Shown: piece after piece, positions 21,542-27,335 of the stretch | Numbering within the stretch: the stretch's first letter is position 1 | Layout of the letters: every line of letters starts with the position of its first letter | IMG/VR virus record: IMGVR_UViG_3300005758_000052 | Span: 1 to 27,335 of that record | Source: a virus | Lineage: Duplodnaviria > Caudoviricetes | DNA: 27,335 bases | Direction: 5' to 3' (one strand) | Position numbers and translations under genes: made by a program | The notes under the pieces: generated by a model | The model's input: the letters and a program-made list of their open reading frames with translations, nothing else | Database searches by the model: none | Told to the model about the DNA's origin: nothing

Positions 21542-23560
21542 TTAGATGCTGGGCAAGTCACTCGGGCGAGTGAAGTTCGACACGTAGCGGGCCACGCCAC
21601 GGGTGATCCGCACGTCGTCGATGAAGCCGTTGTAGAAGCCGTTGCCCCCGTCCCACTGCGCGTAGCCGAGTCGGAAGCCACCGAGGCCCGCGTTGAACGA
21701 GCCGGTGTAGGTGCCAGACGCCTGCTGCACGCCGTCGATGAACATCCGCCAGGTGTTTCCGCTGCGCGTGAGCGCGTAGTGGTACCAGACACCGAAGCTG
21801 TACGTGTTCGTTGAAGTCAGGAATGCGTCACCCGCAGGGTTTAGGTGGAACGTGAACTTGTTGGCTGCGCCGAGGTTGTTGAACCGATGCCCGCTCGAAC
21901 CCGTGCTCCACCCCGTTACGCTCGAGATGAAGGACGGGTAGTTGGCTGCAATGGACGTGCTATTCACCCAGCACTCGATCGTGAAGTCGCCGGTGCCCAT
22001 GTCGAAGATCGGCGACGGCGGGATGTACAGGTTGGCTCCGCCACCAGGAATCGACATCGACCCGCCACCGGTGGTGCTGATCTGTGTGCCGCCCACAGTC
22101 TCCAGGTTGTTCATCATCGCGTCGTCGAAGACGCCTGCGTTGGTGAAGTTCAGCAGGAGCTGCGTGTTAGCAATGGCGGTGACTGGAGCAGTGGGCGGGG
22201 TGAAGGCCGTGGTGTAAACAATGCTGTTATTGACCCGAACATTCGACAAGTAACAAGCCCCGGTGCTTGTCGTCCCGAAGGCGCTAATCGTGCCGGGATT
22301 AGCGGAAACTGAGGACGAAGGCGCGTTAGCCGTTTTGCTGGCCGTTCCCGCGACCGCGCCGTTGATGTAGAACGTACAGTTAGAAGAACCAAGTGACTGG
22401 TCGTACGTGACGGCAATGTGCGTCCACTGATTTGTAGGAACGGTTCCAGTGGATGTGGCGTCAATAACCGGGCTACCTGCCGCACCCCTACCAATCAGTA
22501 GGCGCAACTGAGCACTGGAGTTGATCCAAACAGTCCCACCAACCTGGGATGATGTGCCGGAGTTTGTTCCGAAAATCACGGCATCCGAAGCAAATGAGGG
22601 GCAAAAAATCCAGCCCTCGATTGTGAACAGAGCCGTGGTGTTGTGCAGAAAGTTGAAACTGCTGGTTGTTCCGGCAGTCAGATAATCCCCGCCACCATCA
22701 AAGTACCCGCTCCCGCCAATCGCGGCTGCTGAGTACGCGGCGGTCGGCGCGAATGGACTGAACCTCTGCGCCGAAACGTCGCCGCTTTTGGTGATGGTGA
22801 AGTTGTTGGCGCTGTTGTCGATGATGCGGTTGCTCTGGCAGGTCAGCAGCGCGGTGTTGGTAATCGCGGTGAGCGGAGCTGTGGGCGGGGTGAAGTTGGC
22901 CGTGTAGACAGCCGTGCCCTTAACGATGCGGAAGTTGCTCAGATAACCAGTCAGGGAAGTCTGACCACTTTCGAACGCTATAGACAGGTCACCCACATAA
23001 TTTGTCGTAGAAGCTCCAGTAGCCGTGCCCACATTCGTGCCGTTGACATACAGGGTGACCGTTAGCCCGTTTCTGACAATAGCAACATGATTCCATGCAT
23101 TCGGCACATGGGCGTTGTTGGCAGTTATGATGGGGCTAGCACCAGTCCACACAATGAGACTATTGGTGGTATAGAGAAACAATCTCAGCACATTGCCGGA
23201 TGCGCCGTACGAGAACAGGTTTACATATCCTGCCGGACTAATGGCATAGTGGTACCAGAACTCTATAGTGAAGTCGCCCGAACCGGGCTGCAAAGCTGTC
23301 GTGCCCGCAGGCAGGGTCAAGTAGTCCCCGCTCCCATCGAAGTAGTTTGACCACCGGTCGCCGAACGGCGAGAACGTCCCCTGCGTGGTGTTGCCACTGC
23401 GGGTGATGGTGAAGTTGTTGGCGCTGCTGTCAACGAACGTGTTGTTGTTACTGTTCGCAGGCCCCTCAGACTTGAGCAGCAACGTCACATAGTTGCGAAG
23501 CGGGTCTGTCGACACAGCCCCCCCACCGGCCACTAACAGAGCACGAGAGACGTTGTCCAT
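21542..23560 (-). CDS. Triple LamG / concanavalin A-like lectin domain protein (receptor-binding candidate), copy B
   Basis: Three repeats of (D/L)FTIE-x-W...W-x-H-x-A...L/FY/FING/DG...G-Y/F-x-S/D-N/D-x-R...YT-x-x-FTPPT. Confidence 0.85.
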   Translation of the reverse strand: MDNVSRALLVAGGGAVSTDPLRNYVTLLLKSEGPANSNNNTFVDSSANNFTITRSGNTTQGTFSPFGDRWSNYFDGSGDYLTLPAGTTALQPGSGDFTIEFWYHYAISPAGYVNLFSYGASGNVLRLFLYTTNSLIVWTGASPIITANNAHVPNAWNHVAIVRNGLTVTLYVNGTNVGTATGASTTNYVGDLSIAFESGQTSLTGYLSNFRIVKGTAVYTANFTPPTAPLTAITNTALLTCQSNRIIDNSANNFTITKSGDVSAQRFSPFAPTAAYSAAAIGGSGYFDGGGDYLTAGTTSSFNFLHNTTALFTIEGWIFCPSFASDAVIFGTNSGTSSQVGGTVWINSSAQLRLLIGRGAAGSPVIDATSTGTVPTNQWTHIAVTYDQSLGSSNCTFYINGAVAGTASKTANAPSSSVSANPGTISAFGTTSTGACYLSNVRVNNSIVYTTAFTPPTAPVTAIANTQLLLNFTNAGVFDDAMMNNLETVGGTQISTTGGGSMSIPGGGANLYIPPSPIFDMGTGDFTIECWVNSTSIAANYPSFISSVTGWSTGSSGHRFNNLGAANKFTFHLNPAGDAFLTSTNTYSFGVWYHYALTRSGNTWRMFIDGVQQASGTYTGSFNAGLGGFRLGYAQWDGGNGFYNGFIDDVRITRGVARYVSNFTRPSDLPSI

Positions 23561-23563
23561 TGC

Positions 23564-24034
23564 TTAGCTCGTGTAGTTGATCTGAGAGGCGGCGCGCCAC
23601 GTCGTGCCGTTGTTGTCGGTGACGAACGTGAACAGATGGGTCCGCCCCGTGGTGAGGGACGGCAGAAGGTTGCCGTTGGGCCACACGACGGACGCAGGCC
23701 AGGTGACCGAGCCGCTGGTGTGAACCAGTTCGAGGGTGAACGCGAAGGCCCGAGACGATGGCACGTTGCTGAAGGTGAACGTGCTGTTGCCGTTGATCGT
23801 CTTGGTGAAGAAGTTCCCCGCCGAGCAGTCGATGTCCAAGGCTGCGACCGCGACGATGTTGATCGCCTGGTTGCCACCTACGTCCAAGCGTGCAACCGGC
23901 GTGGCCGCACCGATTCCGACCCGCTGGGCCGAGGTGATCGCAACCGCCGTGGTTCCACCGGTCTGGATGTTCAGATCGCTGGTGCCGTCTGCGGTGCTGA
24001 CGATGCCGTTTGCGGCGTTGATGACGTTGGGCAT
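23564..24034 (-). CDS. Tail fibre-associated adaptor-like protein
   Basis: RVGIG..TP.ARLDV.G fibre repeat plus IDCSAGNFF...TFTFSN.P...WPASVVWP...GTTW domain. Confidence 0.7.
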   Translation of the reverse strand: MPNVINAANGIVSTADGTSDLNIQTGGTTAVAITSAQRVGIGAATPVARLDVGGNQAINIVAVAALDIDCSAGNFFTKTINGNSTFTFSNVPSSRAFAFTLELVHTSGSVTWPASVVWPNGNLLPSLTTGRTHLFTFVTDNNGTTWRAASQINYTS

Positions 24035-24048
24035 TTCTTACCTCGAAC

Positions 24049-24306
24049 TTACTCAGATGTTGGAGTCTGTTGGTCGTGATTATGGTCGACGCACTGGATC
24101 CATTGAGCCTCTGTTTGGCTCCAGGACCAGCAGTGGCCTTCGACGGGATCGGGCATCACAGGACGCACGACCCATCCTGGCGGGAACCACCAGACCACCT
24201 CTTCGCCTGGGCCTGCGGTCGGAGGCCAAGGCACCTCGATCCACCCGTCGGTGCCGTCGGTGTCGGTCTTGGGGAACGATCCCAGTTTGCTGTAGAGCTT
24301 GAACAT
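24049..24306 (-). CDS. Small Trp/Pro-rich protein, probable fibre chaperone
   Basis: 85 aa; DGWIEV...PP, WSWSQTEAQW; SD AGGA; follows LamG copy A. Confidence 0.65.
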   Translation of the reverse strand: MFKLYSKLGSFPKTDTDGTDGWIEVPWPPTAGPGEEVVWWFPPGWVVRPVMPDPVEGHCWSWSQTEAQWIQCVDHNHDQQTPTSE

Positions 24307-24314
24307 GGTTGTCC

Positions 24315-26396
24315 TTACAGGCCCGAGAGTTGAGCGGTCGGCGGGGTGAAGTTCGCGGTGTAGCGGGCTACGCCGCGAGTGACGCGGAGGTCGTCGATGT
24401 ACCCGTTGAAGGCCGCGAAATAGCTCTCGCCGCCGTACCCAACATAGACCGGCTGACTGGTAAACGAAATGCTGGTGCTATTTGACCCGGTGCCGGACGC
24501 AACCCCATTTATGTACCAGGTCCACGTAGAACCGTTACGAACAAAAGCAAGGTGCGTCCAAGTGTTTGCGCTGATCGCTGACGTTGCAGCCGTGTAAATG
24601 TCGGCACCGCCGGTAAGGTTGTTGTAGTGGATGTTTGGCGTCCCGCCGTTCATGTGCACAACGAACTTAGGATTGGCACCGGAGCCGCCCGACACTGCAA
24701 ACAACCCGACAATGCCGCTGACGCTATTGGGGTAGACCCAAGCCTCCCAAGTGAACGAACCCGTGCCGAAGTTGAAGTTTTGGGTAAATGGCCCAAACAG
24801 CCAATCTCCGGTGCCATCAAACGCCAGTGACCCCGAGCCGTACCGCCTGAAACTCGTGCTGATCTGAGCGTTGCCAACAGTCTCCAGGTTGTTCTGCGTG
24901 GAAGTGTCGACGACACCGGTGTTGGTGAAGTTGCAGAGCAGGGATGTGTTGGTGATGTTGGTGACTGGGGCAGTGGGCGGGGTGAATGCCGAGGTGTAGA
25001 CCGCCGTGCCCTTGACGACGCGAAAATTCGACACATAACCAATAATGTAGTTGGTATCTACCTCGGTCCATCGGCCAACACTAATGCCGTTGGACGACCC
25101 TGTAGAAATGCTGCTGCTATTCGTTGCAGAACCTTCTTGTACGCCATTCAAGAAGAGGCGCATCGTTGTCCCACTTCTAGACAACGCAATATGGTTCCAT
25201 GTGTTCAGCGGAAGGGTTGTCGTCCCTGTAATGACCGCAGAACCGTTCCAAACTTTCAGTACACCGCCTTGCCGATAAACCCCAACAGACGATGATCCGG
25301 TTGTGGCTCCTTGGCCGAAAAGGTACTCATAATCCCCCGCCCCTGAGCGACCCGTGATGTAAAACCAACCTTCAATTGTGAAGTCTGATGTTCCGTAGGT
25401 GAATGCCGCATTGGACACCGCATTCAGGTCGTCACTACCATCGAAGTACCCGCTCCCTCCGGTCGTCGCTGCTGCGTAGGGCAAAGTCGGACTGTACGGG
25501 CTGAAGCGTTGGACGCTCACATCACCGTTGCGGGTGATGGTGAAGTTATTGACGCTGTTGTCGATAAGGCGGTTGCTCTGACAGGTCAACAGTTGAGTGC
25601 CAGTAATAGCGGTAAGCGGTGCGGTAGGAGGAGTGAAGTTCGCGGTGTAGACGGCAGTGCCTGTGACCACGCGAGCGTCTGAAATGTATCCATTAAACGC
25701 AGCCGCACTTGGCATGAATCCGATCCGTACAGAACCCTGCGTTGTGTACGCTTGATTTGTTGTTTGAGTGCCCACCGATGATCCATTGATGTACAGAGTG
25801 ATTGTCGAACCAACCCTGCAAGCAGCAATGTGAACCCAAGAATTCAAAGGAATCGTTGTGGATATTCCAACGTTTCCGGCCGCGTCGTACCACCGCAAGC
25901 TTGCGCCATTTACTGTTAGCGCCCATCTGCCTACGTAGTCGCTGTTGAAGTCACCCATGGTAGTCATCAGCACCGCAAAAGATGCCGATTGACTTCCATT
26001 TAGATAAGCAAAACACTCAACAGTGAAGTTTCCTGACGAGCCTAAAGTGAACGCAGCATTACTCGCCGTGCTGAGCCAGTCTCCGGTTCCATCGAAGTAG
26101 TTCGACCACCTGTTCCCATAAGGGCTGAAAGCCCCCTGCGTGGTGTTGCCGTTGCGGGTGATAGCGAAGTTGTTGGTCGAGCTGTCGATGAACGTGTTGT
26201 TCTGCGCTCCGTTCGTGCCTTCACCATTCAGCAGCAGCGTCACGTTCCTGAAGTTGGGATCTGGAATTGCGGCCAAAGGCCAGGTCGCCCCAACAGCGGC
26301 TCGCTGAATCTCATTGACAGCCCACACCCCCGACGCTGCTGAGAGCGTCGGGTTGTTCTGAACGCCGATGATTCCGCCGTTGCCGCGCTGCGTCAT
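24315..26396 (-). CDS. Triple LamG / concanavalin A-like lectin domain protein, copy A
   Basis: Same three-domain architecture as 21542-23560; N-terminal NGGIIG..N.P....ASGVW motif. Start moved to the ATG at 26396 (ATGA overlap). Confidence 0.85.
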   Translation of the reverse strand: MTQRGNGGIIGVQNNPTLSAASGVWAVNEIQRAAVGATWPLAAIPDPNFRNVTLLLNGEGTNGAQNNTFIDSSTNNFAITRNGNTTQGAFSPYGNRWSNYFDGTGDWLSTASNAAFTLGSSGNFTVECFAYLNGSQSASFAVLMTTMGDFNSDYVGRWALTVNGASLRWYDAAGNVGISTTIPLNSWVHIAACRVGSTITLYINGSSVGTQTTNQAYTTQGSVRIGFMPSAAAFNGYISDARVVTGTAVYTANFTPPTAPLTAITGTQLLTCQSNRLIDNSVNNFTITRNGDVSVQRFSPYSPTLPYAAATTGGSGYFDGSDDLNAVSNAAFTYGTSDFTIEGWFYITGRSGAGDYEYLFGQGATTGSSSVGVYRQGGVLKVWNGSAVITGTTTLPLNTWNHIALSRSGTTMRLFLNGVQEGSATNSSSISTGSSNGISVGRWTEVDTNYIIGYVSNFRVVKGTAVYTSAFTPPTAPVTNITNTSLLCNFTNTGVVDTSTQNNLETVGNAQISTSFRRYGSGSLAFDGTGDWLFGPFTQNFNFGTGSFTWEAWVYPNSVSGIVGLFAVSGGSGANPKFVVHMNGGTPNIHYNNLTGGADIYTAATSAISANTWTHLAFVRNGSTWTWYINGVASGTGSNSTSISFTSQPVYVGYGGESYFAAFNGYIDDLRVTRGVARYTANFTPPTAQLSGL

Positions 26397-26746
26397 GCGA
26401 TCACCTCGTAACCGCACACGGCCTCAAGGCGCGAGTTCGCGTTTGCGGTCAACCGCAACGAGTCGCCTTCTTCGAGGTAGAGCACCTTGGTCAGGACGTC
26501 GAGCGTCGCATCCGCAGGCACGACCACCGTGCTCGCAACCCGGTACGCAACGCTTGAGCGGAAGATGTCGATCGTGACCTCCGCGTTGTTGGTCCCGTCG
26601 ATGTTTGAGACGTACAGGGCGTTCACCTTCAACACGGTGTTGCTGTTGGCCGCGTTACTGACGATCGCGGCCGCAGTGGTCGTGACCACCAGGACGTTGG
26701 TCCTGCCGGTGATCGAAGTGACGTTGACGATGTTTGGTGCTGCCAT
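26393..26746 (-). CDS. Small beta-rich tail-associated protein
   Basis: MAAPNIVNVTSITG...VSNIDG...VPADATL...YLEEGDSL pattern; 3 nt after the upstream stop. Confidence 0.75.
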   Translation of the reverse strand: MAAPNIVNVTSITGRTNVLVVTTTAAAIVSNAANSNTVLKVNALYVSNIDGTNNAEVTIDIFRSSVAYRVASTVVVPADATLDVLTKVLYLEEGDSLRLTANANSRLEAVCGYEVIA

Positions 26747-26749
26747 TTC

Positions 26750-27334
26750 TTAGGCTCCGAAGACGATTGCCATTGCGACGGCCCTGCCGCTGGAGATGCC
26801 GGAGGGCGTGGTGGTTTGCGCGACGAGCCAGGTGCGGCCTGCCGGAACGGTGACCGACACACCCGACTGGATCGTGACCGGACCCACGCTAAAGCCGTTG
26901 TTGCCTGCCTGGATCGTGTAGTTGCTCGTGATGGTCGCGGCGGTTTCGAGGATCTGGCCTACGGTGCCGCCGCCCCCTCCGCTACCGGCAATAGCACCCC
27001 AGGCACCAGCCGCATAACCCTCAAACTGAGACGTCGAGCTGTTGTAGCGCAACATCCCGTTGGCGGGAGTGGCGGGGCGCTGTGCCGTGGTGCCGGACGA
27101 CACCCTGACTGCGCCGGTCGAAGTGACGCTCAGATCACCCGTGAACGACGCGGTACCAGCAACTTGCAGCTTGTCGGTCGCGTTGTCTGTCGTCGTGCCG
27201 ATCAGGAAGTTGCCAGTCGTGGCAAATCGTCCAACCTCGGTTGAGCCGAAGATGAACGTGATCGGATTCAGCGTGCCGGTGCCAAGATTGCCCGACAGAA
27301 TCCGAACCTGAGTCGCCCCAGCAACCAGTGCCCC
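26750..27334 (-). CDS. Tail fibre protein, 5'-truncated by the window
   Basis: Frame is open from the window edge (GALVAGATQVRIL...GNFLIGTTTD..DKLQVAG...) into GTTAQRP..P.NGMLRYN..FEGY, SVGPVTI..GVSVTVP and a terminal AVAMAIVFG. Confidence 0.8.
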   Translation of the reverse strand, partial: GALVAGATQVRILSGNLGTGTLNPITFIFGSTEVGRFATTGNFLIGTTTDNATDKLQVAGTASFTGDLSVTSTGAVRVSSGTTAQRPATPANGMLRYNSSTSQFEGYAAGAWGAIAGSGGGGGTVGQILETAATITSNYTIQAGNNGFSVGPVTIQSGVSVTVPAGRTWLVAQTTTPSGISSGRAVAMAIVFGA

Positions 27335-27335
27335 A

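Larger units (their letters stand above)
1..27335 (-). mobile_element. Temperate tailed phage/prophage late region, probably podovirus-like (short tail, ejection proteins)
   Basis: Co-oriented, tightly packed or overlapping tail, lysis and internal-virion genes; tRNA-derived att core; no recognisable tail tube, sheath or tape-measure gene in the window. Confidence 0.9.

Noticed and set aside
21542-26396. Diversity-generating retroelement or invertase shufflon acting on the LamG genes
   Set aside because: No reverse transcriptase, recombinase, inverted cassettes or TR/VR pair with adenine-specific differences was seen in the window.
26750-27103. Stand-alone 117-aa gene as listed in the ORF track
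   Set aside because: The frame stays open to the window edge, so this is the 3' end of a longer fibre gene.
454-27311. Numerous + strand ORFs (e.g. 3409-4485, 6472-7446, 18197-19231, 10555-11289)
   Set aside because: They lie antisense to well-supported - strand genes, lack motifs and are expected shadows of GC-rich codon usage.

Overview
The window is the late (structural and lysis) region of a GC-rich temperate tailed phage or prophage, with all credible genes on the - strand. Read in the transcription direction (right to left) it holds: a partial tail-fibre gene, two parallel adaptor + triple-LamG + chaperone receptor-binding modules, and a Dps/ferritin-like gene; then an expanded lysis cassette (several membrane proteins, a signal-peptide SLT endolysin, an i-spanin with an embedded o-spanin); then a tail protein, a decapeptide-repeat fibre and a DUF4376-like chaperone. 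After a palindrome-bearing intergenic gap come a small DDxxD (isoprenoid-synthase-like) protein and three probable ejection/internal virion proteins, the last a 2736-aa polyvalent protein with two zincin-like motifs. These are followed by an HslV/proteasome-beta-like Ntn hydrolase, an HTH-metallophosphoesterase and a small basic protein. The window ends on the left in the 3' half of a tRNA-Asn gene, a probable att core. The most striking hypothesis is that a prenyltransferase-like enzyme occupies the gene slot held by a GNAT-fold protein in T7/P22-type ejectosome operons, possibly lipidating ejection proteins. All family calls come from motif recognition by eye, not database searches.
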